Positions 19,547-29,214 of a stretch of DNA of 64,000 nt are shown piece after piece. The position numbers and the translations under genes were made by a program. The stretch's first letter is position 1. Each line of letters begins with the position of its first letter. The DNA lies in IMG/VR virus record IMGVR_UViG_3300027859_000006, positions 1-64,000 of that record; one strand, given 5' to 3'. The stretch comes from a virus. The notes under the pieces were generated by a model. That model searched no databases. It worked only from the letters and a program-made list of their open reading frames with translations, and was not told the DNA's origin.

Positions 19547-20218
19547 ATGCTATCATTTGACGATTTACAAGGCGAAGCTAAAAAAGGCTCTAAAGTTAAT
19601 TACATGAAACTACAAGACGGCACTAACCGTTTTCGTATTGTTGGTGACATTCTACCAGGTTACTTTTACTGGGTGAAAGGAGCAACTGGCGACGACCGCT
19701 CATTCGAATGCTTGCAGTTTGATCGTAACACAGAGAAGTTTAATTCTAGCTTACCAGACCCTGTTAAAGAGCTTAACCTACAGGATGGTAAAGGTAACGA
19801 CTTACGTTGCGGTTGGGGATACCGTTGCCAAGTAATAAACGAAGCAACAGGCAACCTAGAGGTACTAACTCTTAAGAAAGGTATGCTACAAGATATCATC
19901 AAGTTTGCTAAAAAGCAAAAAATCAACCCAACTAGCTACGAGAAAGGTTGCTGGATTACAGTAGAGCGTAAGAAAACTGGCCCGAAAGTGTTCAACGTAG
20001 CTTACGATGTAGACCCATTCAGCTTTGTATCTGAGCCTCTATTAGAGGAGCACATGGAAAAGGTTAAAGACCTTAAACCAATGGCTGAAATTTTCCCACG
20101 TGAGACAGCAGAAGAACAACGTGCTCGTCTTAAAGTTCACCTAGAAGGTGCTCCGGCGGAAAACTCAGAGTCTGAAGAAGAAGCGACAGCAGAAGCAATG
20201 AACGAACTAGAAGACTAA
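19547..20218 (+). CDS. D11: Single-stranded DNA-binding protein (gp32-like, T5 D11)
   Basis: KLQDGTNRFRIVG, RKKTGP...VAY, acidic C-terminal tail. Confidence 0.85.
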   Translation: MLSFDDLQGEAKKGSKVNYMKLQDGTNRFRIVGDILPGYFYWVKGATGDDRSFECLQFDRNTEKFNSSLPDPVKELNLQDGKGNDLRCGWGYRCQVINEATGNLEVLTLKKGMLQDIIKFAKKQKINPTSYEKGCWITVERKKTGPKVFNVAYDVDPFSFVSEPLLEEHMEKVKDLKPMAEIFPRETAEEQRARLKVHLEGAPAENSESEEEATAEAMNELED

Positions 20219-20226
20219 TTAGTTCG

Positions 20227-20255
20227 AAGAGGGTGGCGAAAGTCACCCTTCTTTT
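20227..20255 (+). terminator. Rho-independent terminator
   Basis: AGGGTGGC-GAAA-GTCACCCT-TCTTTT. Confidence 0.8.
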
Positions 20256-20265
20256 AAGGAATTAC

Positions 20266-21213
20266 ATGGATCATATTTTCGTAGCAGACATTCACATAAA
20301 GTTAGGACAAAAGAATGTACCTAGTGAATGGCAGCGCAATCGAGTAATGCTACTAGCAAAAGAGTTAAATGAATACAAAGATAAAACATTGGTAATTGGT
20401 GGAGACTTGCTTGATGTAGCTAAGCCTACTATGCCAGAAGTGTGTTTGATGTATGACTTCCTTAGAGCGCTAGAGCACGAAGAAATAATTTTAATACCTG
20501 GAAACCATGAAATGCTTACTAAGAAAAAGGATTGCTTTGAAGTTTGCGACCAAATATTTAAAGACCTTAATATAACATTAGTTAGAGATTTCCAGACGAT
20601 AAACAATGTAGACTACATCCCGTATAACATACTATTATCAGATAGTTGGAGCACTCCAAAGTCTACACTAGCAGTAACCCACGTACGCGGGGAAATCCCA
20701 CCACACGTTAAACCAGAAGTAGAGCTTTCCAAGTTCTCCCACTATGAAAAAGTATTCTGCGGAGATTTACACTCTCGTAAAAACTCCCAGTTAAATCTTA
20801 TATATCCAGGTAGCCCATACACTACTAGCTTTCATAGAAGTGTATCAAAGGGAGCAAATGGTATTGTATTATTTGATTCTAATACCGGAGAGCATGAGTG
20901 GAAAGAGCTAAACCTACCACAACTATTAAGACTTACTATTACCGACCCTGAAGAAGCAATACCTGGCGAGTATCACCACACTCTTTATGAGATTGAGGGT
21001 AACTTAGCCGACCTATCTAAAGTTAAGAATAACGAACTATTAGATAAGAAAGTAGCAAAAGATATTGTAACTCCTCCAACTCTAGAGCTAACAGGTGACA
21101 TATCCGACGAGCTTCAAACATATCTTAAAGGAGTTAAGGATATTAAGGGAGAAGGTATGTCAAGACTTCTTACTATATTTAAAGAAGCACTACAAGGAGT
21201 AGACGACGTATGA
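20266..21213 (+). CDS. D12: Mre11/SbcD-like recombination nuclease
   Basis: ADIH, GGDLLD, GNHE, GDLH, YPGSP. Confidence 0.92.
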   Translation: MDHIFVADIHIKLGQKNVPSEWQRNRVMLLAKELNEYKDKTLVIGGDLLDVAKPTMPEVCLMYDFLRALEHEEIILIPGNHEMLTKKKDCFEVCDQIFKDLNITLVRDFQTINNVDYIPYNILLSDSWSTPKSTLAVTHVRGEIPPHVKPEVELSKFSHYEKVFCGDLHSRKNSQLNLIYPGSPYTTSFHRSVSKGANGIVLFDSNTGEHEWKELNLPQLLRLTITDPEEAIPGEYHHTLYEIEGNLADLSKVKNNELLDKKVAKDIVTPPTLELTGDISDELQTYLKGVKDIKGEGMSRLLTIFKEALQGVDDV

Positions 21214-23048
21214 TTACGATAAAAAAGCTAAAATTTAGCAATATGTTCTCCTATGGTGAGAATAATGAGATTATCCTAAACAACTCTAACGTGCTTCAAC
21301 TTGTAGGTAAGAACGGTGCAGGTAAAAGTTCAATACCGACAATACTTGAAGAGCTTCTGTATAATAAAAACTCTAGAGGCACTAAAAAGGCAGATATAAA
21401 AAACCGATACACGGACTCTAACTATTACTCAGGTACAGTTGAGTTTGACGTAGACGGTGACGAATATATACTAGAGAAAGTAGTAAAGAGCAGCACAAAA
21501 CTTACGCTAACTAAAAACGGGGAAGATATATCAGGACACACCCCTACTCAGACTTACAAAAAGTTAGAAACGGAAATTCTAAAACTAGATTTCAACACAT
21601 TTAGTAAGTTAGTGTACCAGTCAATGAACAGCTCTTTGGACTTCTTGAAAGCTACCGACTCTAAGAGAAAAGAGTTCTTAATATCACTTCTATCCTTAGA
21701 CAAATACGTTACTATTCACAATAGAATTAAAGAAGTTGTGAAAGAGGCTAAAGACGTATTAACAGGACATAAGGCCGTCGCTGCGGCCAAAGAATCCGAA
21801 ATAAAGTCTAACAGAGCTATTGAGGTTACGTATGATGCAAAAGAAGTACCTGTAGTAGACGAAACTATCAGGGACGAGATTGCTAATCTTAAAGCTATAG
21901 AGTCTCAGCGTGAAAAAATTCAAGAAAGAACTATTCGATACGCTAGGGCTTTGAAAGCTAGGGAAGGAGCTAAGTTAGCATGGGAAGCTTTTGAATTACC
22001 AAAAGATGAACCAGAAGCTCCCGATACTGAGCACTTAAAAAATCTATACAAAGAAGCTCAAAATGTACAAGGACAAATTAACTCTTTAAGAAAGAGTATT
22101 AGGGAGCTAGAGTCCGGAGTAGGAAAATGTTCCGCATGTGGACAAGAATTGCCTGACAGCGAAAGTAAACAAGAACATTTACTATGCCTTAAAAAGGAGC
22201 TGAACGAGCTCGTAGAGTACCAACAAGGTAAGCAAAGAGAGCATGAAGAAGGTAATCGCAAAGCTAGTGAATATTCCAAGCATCAATTACTTGTAGAGAA
22301 GCAAGCAGACCTTAAAACAGCCTTTGAAAACGCACAAGAAGCACTAGAAAATACTGAAAAGCCGGATGCTTTACCTGACTCTGTTGAGGACGAAATAACT
22401 AGACTTACTGCTGAATACAATAGACAAACTGTTGCTAAGCAACAAGCTGAACAGCACAACACTCTGCGCGCTAAGCAAATTGCTAAATACGAAGCGCAGA
22501 AAGAGTTAGTAGCTCAAGCTAAAGAGAAACTAAAATCTACTCAAGAGTCTATACGAGAATACGAAGCTTATTTAGAAGATGTGAAGATACTAGAGAGTGC
22601 GTTCGGGCCGAAAGGTCTTGTACAGTATAAGATAGAATCTAACATCAAAGTATTTGAAGCACTAATTAACGAATACTTAGTTCTATTAAGTAATGGTGAC
22701 TTCAACATTAGATTCCAGATTGAGGATTCTAAACTTCGTATAGTAGTATTCCAACACGGTGAAGAAATCGATATAAATTCAGCGTCTAGTGGTGAGTTTA
22801 ACAATATTAACACAGCTACCTTACTAGCAGTAAGGAAGATGATGACTTCAATTTCTAAAGTAAGTATTAATATACTATTCTTAGATGAAGTTATTTCTGT
22901 ACTAGACGTAGAGTCTAGAGAGAATTTGATAGATATTTTAGTTAAAGAGCAGAATCTTAACTCAGTAGTGGTTAGTCATGGGTTTGAGCATCCTTTAGCA
23001 GACACGGTATCTATAGTTAAAGAAGGAAAGACTTCAAAATGCAAATAG
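21210..23048 (+). CDS. D13: Rad50/SbcC-like ATPase
   Basis: GKNGAGKSS, coiled coil with CSAC zinc hook, SSGE signature, FLDE. Confidence 0.93.
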   Translation: MITIKKLKFSNMFSYGENNEIILNNSNVLQLVGKNGAGKSSIPTILEELLYNKNSRGTKKADIKNRYTDSNYYSGTVEFDVDGDEYILEKVVKSSTKLTLTKNGEDISGHTPTQTYKKLETEILKLDFNTFSKLVYQSMNSSLDFLKATDSKRKEFLISLLSLDKYVTIHNRIKEVVKEAKDVLTGHKAVAAAKESEIKSNRAIEVTYDAKEVPVVDETIRDEIANLKAIESQREKIQERTIRYARALKAREGAKLAWEAFELPKDEPEAPDTEHLKNLYKEAQNVQGQINSLRKSIRELESGVGKCSACGQELPDSESKQEHLLCLKKELNELVEYQQGKQREHEEGNRKASEYSKHQLLVEKQADLKTAFENAQEALENTEKPDALPDSVEDEITRLTAEYNRQTVAKQQAEQHNTLRAKQIAKYEAQKELVAQAKEKLKSTQESIREYEAYLEDVKILESAFGPKGLVQYKIESNIKVFEALINEYLVLLSNGDFNIRFQIEDSKLRIVVFQHGEEIDINSASSGEFNNINTATLLAVRKMMTSISKVSINILFLDEVISVLDVESRENLIDILVKEQNLNSVVVSHGFEHPLADTVSIVKEGKTSKCK

Positions 23049-23063
23049 CAGAGGAATTTAATA

Positions 23064-23513
23064 ATGGCGTCTAAACAATCCGCTAAGGGTGCTAGGTTCG
23101 AGTATTCTGTAAGAGATATGCTTACTGAGAAAACTGGTGTTAAGTGGGACAGAGTCCCGCTTAGCGGAGCAGGAACAATGAAAGGTGATTTATACTGCCT
23201 GACTAACCACTATTACTATTGCTTTGAATGCAAGTCTTTTAAAGACACAGTAATCCAAGAGAACCTATTATCAGCTAAATCAAATAACATATTCTCTTGG
23301 TGGGAACAAACACTTAGAGAAGCAAAAGAAATGAATAGAAAGCCTGCTCTAGTATTCAAGAAAGACAGAGGCAAACCTATTATAGCAGTCGAAGAAGACA
23401 TTGAAGGAATTAATAAATTCTCCATTACCGCTTTTGGCATGGAGGGAGTTAACCTTTACCTATTCACAGACTGGCTAGAAGTTAAAAAAGTAGAGGAAAT
23501 AATACTAGTATGA
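23064..23513 (+). CDS. D14: Holliday junction resolvase-like PD-(D/E)xK nuclease
   Basis: KGARFE, RVPLSGA, GD, FECK, WWEQ. Confidence 0.85.
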   Translation: MASKQSAKGARFEYSVRDMLTEKTGVKWDRVPLSGAGTMKGDLYCLTNHYYYCFECKSFKDTVIQENLLSAKSNNIFSWWEQTLREAKEMNRKPALVFKKDRGKPIIAVEEDIEGINKFSITAFGMEGVNLYLFTDWLEVKKVEEIILV

Positions 23514-24391
23514 AGGGAATTTTCGAATTAGAAGAGTTAGATACTAGAGACTTTGATGGGCAAAATAACTTGCTCCTAGTTGACGGTCTTAACCTAGGGT
23601 TTAGATATAAACAACAAAGCTTATTTGACCACGCTGCTCCTTATATGAATACAGTTAACTCCTTAGCTAAATCCTACGGTTGCAATCATGTAATCGTAGG
23701 TTCAGACTACGGAAAATCTACTTTCAGAAAGGAAGTAAGCGAAGGCGAGTACAAAGCAAATCGTGAAATAATGCGAAAAGAACAGACTGAGGAAGAAGCC
23801 GAGAAGTTCAAGAAGTTCTTGGAGGGCTTTGAAAAAGCCCTTGCTTTGGTCGGTACTATGCATCACACAATAAAACTTCGCAATGTGGAAATGGACGATA
23901 TTGCTGCTTACATTGTTAAAAAGTACGGACACTTATTTGACAACATTTGGTTAATTTCTTCAGATAAAGACTGGGACTTACTATTAAAGCCAAACGTACA
24001 TAGGTTCTCTTATGTTACTAGAAAAGAGTATACTCTGGATAACTTTGCAGAGTCTCATGACGGATGCGAAAACCCTGAAGACTACGTGTCTATGAAGGTG
24101 TTTTCTGGAGACCCTGGAGACAATGTTGCAGGATTCCCAGGTGTAGGAGCAAAACGAGCTTATAATCTAATACGCGAGCATGGCTCAGCATTAGACGTAT
24201 ACGATGCATTACCTCTAGCAGGTAAACAAAAATATATACAGTCAATTAATAACGACCCTGAGAAAATTCTTAGGAACTACGAGTTAATGGACTTGCTTAG
24301 CTACTGCGAAGAAGCTATAAACCACCCAGACAATAACAATACAAAATTAATTGACGATATTATGCAGGAGATAATTAATGAGCTTGATTAA
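23510..24391 (+). CDS. D15: Flap endonuclease / 5'-3' exonuclease
   Basis: VDGLNL, YKANR, EMDD, SSDKDW, GDPGDNVAGFPGVGAKRA. Confidence 0.95.
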   Translation: MKGIFELEELDTRDFDGQNNLLLVDGLNLGFRYKQQSLFDHAAPYMNTVNSLAKSYGCNHVIVGSDYGKSTFRKEVSEGEYKANREIMRKEQTEEEAEKFKKFLEGFEKALALVGTMHHTIKLRNVEMDDIAAYIVKKYGHLFDNIWLISSDKDWDLLLKPNVHRFSYVTRKEYTLDNFAESHDGCENPEDYVSMKVFSGDPGDNVAGFPGVGAKRAYNLIREHGSALDVYDALPLAGKQKYIQSINNDPEKILRNYELMDLLSYCEEAINHPDNNNTKLIDDIMQEIINELD

Positions 24392-24812
24392 AGTTAAATA
24401 CGAAGAAATGCAGGAAGCGAAACTGCGTAAGTCTACCGATGGATCTGCAGGCTACGACATAGCAGCTAACGATACAGTGGTTATACCTAGAGGTTGTAAG
24501 TCTAAAGTAACTACGGGAGTAGCTTTAGAAGTACCCGAAGATATGTACGCAGAGCTAGTACCTAGGTCTAGTTCCGGTAATAAAGGATACCGATTAGCTA
24601 ATACTATGGGTATTATCGACTCAGACTTTAGAGGCTACATCGATATGTACATAGAGAATACAGGGTCTGCGGAGCTAATCATATACCCTGGTGACTATCT
24701 ATGTCAGCTTATCTTTAAGAAGAAAGAAAAAGTAACCTTTAAAGAGGTTAAAGAACTAAACGAAACTGCGCGCGGCGACGGCGGTTTTGGAAGTACAGAC
24801 GAACTAGTATAA
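24378..24812 (+). CDS. dut: dUTPase
   Basis: SAGYD, PRSS, GIIDSDFRG, RGDGGFGST. Confidence 0.96.
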   Translation: MSLIKVKYEEMQEAKLRKSTDGSAGYDIAANDTVVIPRGCKSKVTTGVALEVPEDMYAELVPRSSSGNKGYRLANTMGIIDSDFRGYIDMYIENTGSAELIIYPGDYLCQLIFKKKEKVTFKEVKELNETARGDGGFGSTDELV

Positions 24813-24821
24813 GGAAAACTA

Positions 24822-25016
24822 ATGAACGACGAAACTCAATTAACGCTTTTAAAAGCAAAAATTTATGACGCTAACGAAGCGCTTGATAATATGAATAAAA
24901 TACTATCTGAGATTGTAAAAGTATCAGGTATCTCTACCGAAAAAGATATATCCGCAGACGATATTATAGACAGAATTAAGTATCTAGCATCCTTAGAAGA
25001 AGACTCTAAAGAATAA
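24822..25016 (+). CDS. T4 gp57A-like tail fibre assembly chaperone
   Basis: LTLLKAKIYDA...ILSEIVKVSGI...ISADDIIDRIK resembles gp57A as recalled (VTLKSRILDT...TLAEIARAVGI...IKVEEIVEAVK). Confidence 0.6.
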   Translation: MNDETQLTLLKAKIYDANEALDNMNKILSEIVKVSGISTEKDISADDIIDRIKYLASLEEDSKE

Positions 25017-25053
25017 AATAAAACCCCTTAGGTTTCGGCCTAAGGGGTTTTTT
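25016..25053. terminator. Bidirectional terminator between converging early and late units
   Basis: A-tract-ACCCCTTAGGT-TTCG-GCCTAAGGGGT-T-tract. Confidence 0.9.
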
Positions 25054-25057
25054 GCTA

Positions 25058-26341
25058 TTACGGGCCGTACCACCTTAAGGTTCCGGTAGCCGTACTCTCT
25101 ACAATAGTTGAATTATCTTGTCTAAACCTTACTTCAATAGTAACACCAATAGTATAAAACCCTTCAGTGTTTTGGTTTGGTCTAGTTTTAAAACCTACGT
25201 AATGAAACTGCGCAGGTATATCCTGCCATGTATTGATTTGCGCTCCGTTTATCAAAACTACATCTACTCCCTGACCTAGTCCCTCTTGATTTATTATTTC
25301 CCAATTAAATCTTACTTGACAGTTATCACGTATAAGACCGTAGCCTAGGGTATAGTCTACGGTTTCCTCCCATCCTATTTCTATTTCAGCAGGAGTGGAA
25401 CCAGTGTCTGTCCTAGATACAGCAGATTTATCATTTGGGTATTTATCAAAGTATAGGGATGTACCTGTGCCTGGAAAGTCACTTAAACGTATAGGAGGCG
25501 ACGTAGGTACTCCGTTATTTTGTGTAATGTTAGGTAAAAAGTCCCCACCCCTTACATAATCAGTTAACCTAGCAGGTTCATAGTTTGAACTAGCCGGCTG
25601 CCTACGTCTTCCGAAGAACCCAAATACTTCCGAGAACTTTATAGGTAGTCCAGTTATACCCGAAGGTATAAACTGTACGCTATCACTACTACCTGTTGTA
25701 ACAGATATATCATCATATACTGTTCCTATAGTAAGCCTATTTGTAACAGTCTGGCTAAAGGCTTGAGGAGTATTGCATCGTAACTCTACCAAATCTCCAG
25801 AATTCACTGTAGTATTAGCAGTACGCCAACTCCCGTTATTAACTCTAAAACTAAAGTAAGTACTATTGTTGATACTACAAGTGACAGGGACGTTAATACC
25901 TCTTACAGCAACTGAGCCGCAGTATACTTCAGTACCTGGGGCTCTAGAGGATATATTGGTCATATTCCAACTGTCTGGAGTATTATCATTAGTATTGAGT
26001 ACTCTTATATTAACAGTAAAGTTTCTTGTTTTACCGTTAGCAGTAAAAGTACAAACAACCGCGTCAGTAACATAGCTAGCGTTACTTTTTATTACTTTAG
26101 AGGTTGTCTGGTTAACTTCGTATAGGTAAGCAACGGTAGTATTAGTCCACACCGAAGAGTCTAAACTACCTATACCTATATTATAGTTGGAAGGGCTACC
26201 TGATTTACTACTCCACCTAAATACTATAGTGTCCCCTCTATTAACTTCTATAGTAGAACCAGGGCCTGTTATATTTATAGTATGCCCTAGTTCCGGTTCA
26301 TAATTGTGAGTAGTAGCTAAATTAACAGTTACAGTCGCCAT
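25058..26341 (-). CDS. Tail fibre-associated adhesin-like protein
   Basis: Directly follows the S74-tipped fibre; internal PIKFSEV...LTDYVRGG...VPTSPPIRLSDF motif typical of fibre-tip attachment modules; beta-rich domains. Confidence 0.6.
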   Translation of the reverse strand: MATVTVNLATTHNYEPELGHTINITGPGSTIEVNRGDTIVFRWSSKSGSPSNYNIGIGSLDSSVWTNTTVAYLYEVNQTTSKVIKSNASYVTDAVVCTFTANGKTRNFTVNIRVLNTNDNTPDSWNMTNISSRAPGTEVYCGSVAVRGINVPVTCSINNSTYFSFRVNNGSWRTANTTVNSGDLVELRCNTPQAFSQTVTNRLTIGTVYDDISVTTGSSDSVQFIPSGITGLPIKFSEVFGFFGRRRQPASSNYEPARLTDYVRGGDFLPNITQNNGVPTSPPIRLSDFPGTGTSLYFDKYPNDKSAVSRTDTGSTPAEIEIGWEETVDYTLGYGLIRDNCQVRFNWEIINQEGLGQGVDVVLINGAQINTWQDIPAQFHYVGFKTRPNQNTEGFYTIGVTIEVRFRQDNSTIVESTATGTLRWYGP

Positions 26342-29214
26342 TATCTTTTTAACTCCTTGATTTGTTCACTCAGATCGTTTACCGCGTTAACTAGAAGGGC
26401 CAGGACTGCCATTGGGGATACGTTTAACATACCTTCCCCGTCCTCACCTACCGCTTCAGGCAATACCTCTCTCACATCCTGTGCGATAAGACCTGCTTTT
26501 CGTTGTTTAAGGTTTACTTGGTCATATGTATAACCTGCTAACTTAGCAACCTTATCTAGAGAAGAGTCTATCTTCTCTAGGTTTTCCTTGACCCTAATAT
26601 CAGAAGTAGCAACCCAGTCATCTGCCCAGCCCTCGCCACGCACAATAAACTTAGTATCAGACTCAGTACCAGATAACTCAAAAGCGTCTCCGGAACTAAT
26701 ACCGAAAGCATCATTGCTATGTTTATAGATTAAGAACCCTCTTTGAGCGTATCCACTAGAAGCGTTATCAGAGAAAGTAATTTTAGCACCTGCCCCGTTA
26801 GTGGTAGTACGTACAACCAATCCACTATTATGATTAATTAGAATCTCACTATTAGCAACAAGCTGAGTACTGTTAATTCTTAAAGGCTCTATATACGTAC
26901 CGGAGCTTCCTGTATCATACATTCTAAACGCAAAAGGCTCCCCATAGTCGTCATTTGTCCAGAACTCCATAGCTCCGTCATTACCGTTGGTACCGATATA
27001 TCTAATACCCCCTTGGTCATTATAACCTGCAGGGTTAAAGTAAATACCTTTGTTAATTCCAGTAACTTCTATACCGTTAACTATATCTAGACGGTTGCTC
27101 AGGCTCATATAACTTCCGTAGAAGTTATTAGAGTATGTATTATTGAACCTCCAACTAGAAGTACCTAAACTACTAGAGCCCCCTGACTGATAGGGTATAA
27201 TTCCGTTAGACGTGGTTCTTATCCAATTGGACTCGCTTCCTTCTGAAGATGCCATACCTTCATAACCGTTTCTAAAAATAGCCTGCATCCTAGGTTCTCT
27301 ACTGGTATATACCTCGTACCAACTAGACCAGTTATCTGTAGTATCCCTCAGAGCTCTTGTATATAGCCTTCCCCAGCCCCCACTAGTCCATCCTCCCCAC
27401 ATCTCGATTGAACCACCTGTACCGTTACCCCACACTATAGACTCGCCATAGTTTGAAGAATGTGGTGGATTGTCAGTAGCTGCTCTAGTACCGTAGTGAA
27501 ATAGTCCGTCTCTAAGGGTGTTTCGACTGCTCGGAACAGTAGCAGTACCTATACTTCTAACTAGACTAGCCTCGTCCGAATACTTAGTCTTGGAATCAAA
27601 AGTGTAAGTGCCTGCGTTAGAGTGAGACCTCATACCGTGTAAGTACCCATCACTATCCACAGTTAAATGTATAGATCTAGAACTGGATGTTTGAGCGCTT
27701 AGTATAGCTGTGTATGTTGGGTTTAGAGTAGTACCTTGAGCAGTAACTGAGCTTACATAAATACCGGAATCTTGAGCCCCTGGACCAGTACCATTAATAT
27801 CAAAACTACCTACAAAATTTATATCTGTGTACGGGTGGGTATGAGGGGATGGAGTAAACGTAGTAGGTTTACTAGTAACTTCAGACCAAGAAGGCTTATG
27901 TTGTTCACTGTATACTTTATACCACCCAGACCAAGAATCTCCACCGCTACTACTACCACTAGTTCTAAATTGTAACTGAGCATCAGTACCATTAGAAAGT
28001 TCTATAGCCAACTGAGAACCGAACCCATTATTGTCTCCGTGTTTGAAATTAAGAACATGCCACCAAGAACTTTCTTCAACCCCTGAGTTATCAGCGTTAC
28101 CTAGACCTTGGGAGGTTGTGTAAAACCCAGGCTCTAGGGTAGAGCTGTCGTGTAGTGTGGTTCTAGATGCTCCATAGACTACAGCAGGTAGTCTAGGTTT
28201 ATCCTGTATATCAGACCATCGAATATCCATAGCATCTCTAACGTCATTAGGGGTATATACGTACGATTGTTGGCTATTTCCTGAAGAGCCCCATATATGT
28301 GTAGGTGCGCTAGACCCCCATGACCAGTTAAATGATATATTCTTAACCAGACCTAAGCCAACATCTGAAGCAGTAGGTTTATTGCCTTCGTGGTAAACCT
28401 TCTGGCCCTTATACGTAAATGTAGATTCGGACAGAAACATTACTTGGTTAAGTGCTACTGACTGACCAGCAGTAACCCCACTTTTTACTTCAAAACTAAA
28501 ACTAGCGTTAGTATTATCGTCTTTATTAAACTCTATACGTCCAGAGTTACCACTTATATCTGGTACTCCGGATACGTGGTTAAAGGTAAGGTTAGCATTT
28601 CCTTGACCGTCATTTGTAGTAAGAGCAGGTCCTCCGTTACCTAATCCACCTACCACTTGCCCACTGACATGTAAACTATTAAAAGTAACGTCAGAACCAG
28701 TATTTAACCCCTGGTTAGCAAAGTTAACGTGTGCTGTAGTTAACTGACCGTTATCAGAAACTAACTTACTCCAGGTAGGTACTTTAGGAGTAAAGATCAC
28801 AGAAGTACCACTTACTGCAATAGTTAGTAGGTCAATGTCCTGTGAGAATAAAGACCTAAACTGTAAATCTCCGCTGGCGTTGGCGTGGAACACGCCTGCT
28901 CCTGAGCCAACGTTAGAAGCGGAGTTTACTAGGCCGCTTCCGCCACCTCCGCCACTACCTGGGTCAAAGCCGTCAAACATAGCATCAATTTCTGCCTTTG
29001 TATATAGAGAGGCAGCAGGATACGTTTGGGACTTTGTATAAGCGTCAGCTTTTAATATATACCTACCATCATGGTTATGGGTATTAGCAGAATACCTACC
29101 ATCTAGGATTCCGAAGAATCCTGAGATGTTAGAGTTAATCCAGCTACCGTTAGAGTATATAAGTATATCTTGGTTCTGCGCACTAGTTATTGTAAAGTTA
29201 TTAAGAGTAGCCAT
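26341..29214 (-). CDS. ltf: Long (L-shaped-type) tail fibre with C-terminal peptidase S74 chaperone
   Basis: KVYHEGNKPT and WSxWY repeats, HTH motifs, C-terminal SDIRVKEN...AGLIAQDV...PEAV. Confidence 0.85.
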   Translation of the reverse strand: MATLNNFTITSAQNQDILIYSNGSWINSNISGFFGILDGRYSANTHNHDGRYILKADAYTKSQTYPAASLYTKAEIDAMFDGFDPGSGGGGGSGLVNSASNVGSGAGVFHANASGDLQFRSLFSQDIDLLTIAVSGTSVIFTPKVPTWSKLVSDNGQLTTAHVNFANQGLNTGSDVTFNSLHVSGQVVGGLGNGGPALTTNDGQGNANLTFNHVSGVPDISGNSGRIEFNKDDNTNASFSFEVKSGVTAGQSVALNQVMFLSESTFTYKGQKVYHEGNKPTASDVGLGLVKNISFNWSWGSSAPTHIWGSSGNSQQSYVYTPNDVRDAMDIRWSDIQDKPRLPAVVYGASRTTLHDSSTLEPGFYTTSQGLGNADNSGVEESSWWHVLNFKHGDNNGFGSQLAIELSNGTDAQLQFRTSGSSSGGDSWSGWYKVYSEQHKPSWSEVTSKPTTFTPSPHTHPYTDINFVGSFDINGTGPGAQDSGIYVSSVTAQGTTLNPTYTAILSAQTSSSRSIHLTVDSDGYLHGMRSHSNAGTYTFDSKTKYSDEASLVRSIGTATVPSSRNTLRDGLFHYGTRAATDNPPHSSNYGESIVWGNGTGGSIEMWGGWTSGGWGRLYTRALRDTTDNWSSWYEVYTSREPRMQAIFRNGYEGMASSEGSESNWIRTTSNGIIPYQSGGSSSLGTSSWRFNNTYSNNFYGSYMSLSNRLDIVNGIEVTGINKGIYFNPAGYNDQGGIRYIGTNGNDGAMEFWTNDDYGEPFAFRMYDTGSSGTYIEPLRINSTQLVANSEILINHNSGLVVRTTTNGAGAKITFSDNASSGYAQRGFLIYKHSNDAFGISSGDAFELSGTESDTKFIVRGEGWADDWVATSDIRVKENLEKIDSSLDKVAKLAGYTYDQVNLKQRKAGLIAQDVREVLPEAVGEDGEGMLNVSPMAVLALLVNAVNDLSEQIKELKR

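Noticed and set aside
26341-29214. Diversity-generating retroelement or invertible segment acting on the fibre genes
   Set aside because: No reverse transcriptase, recombinase or template/variable repeat pair seen in the window
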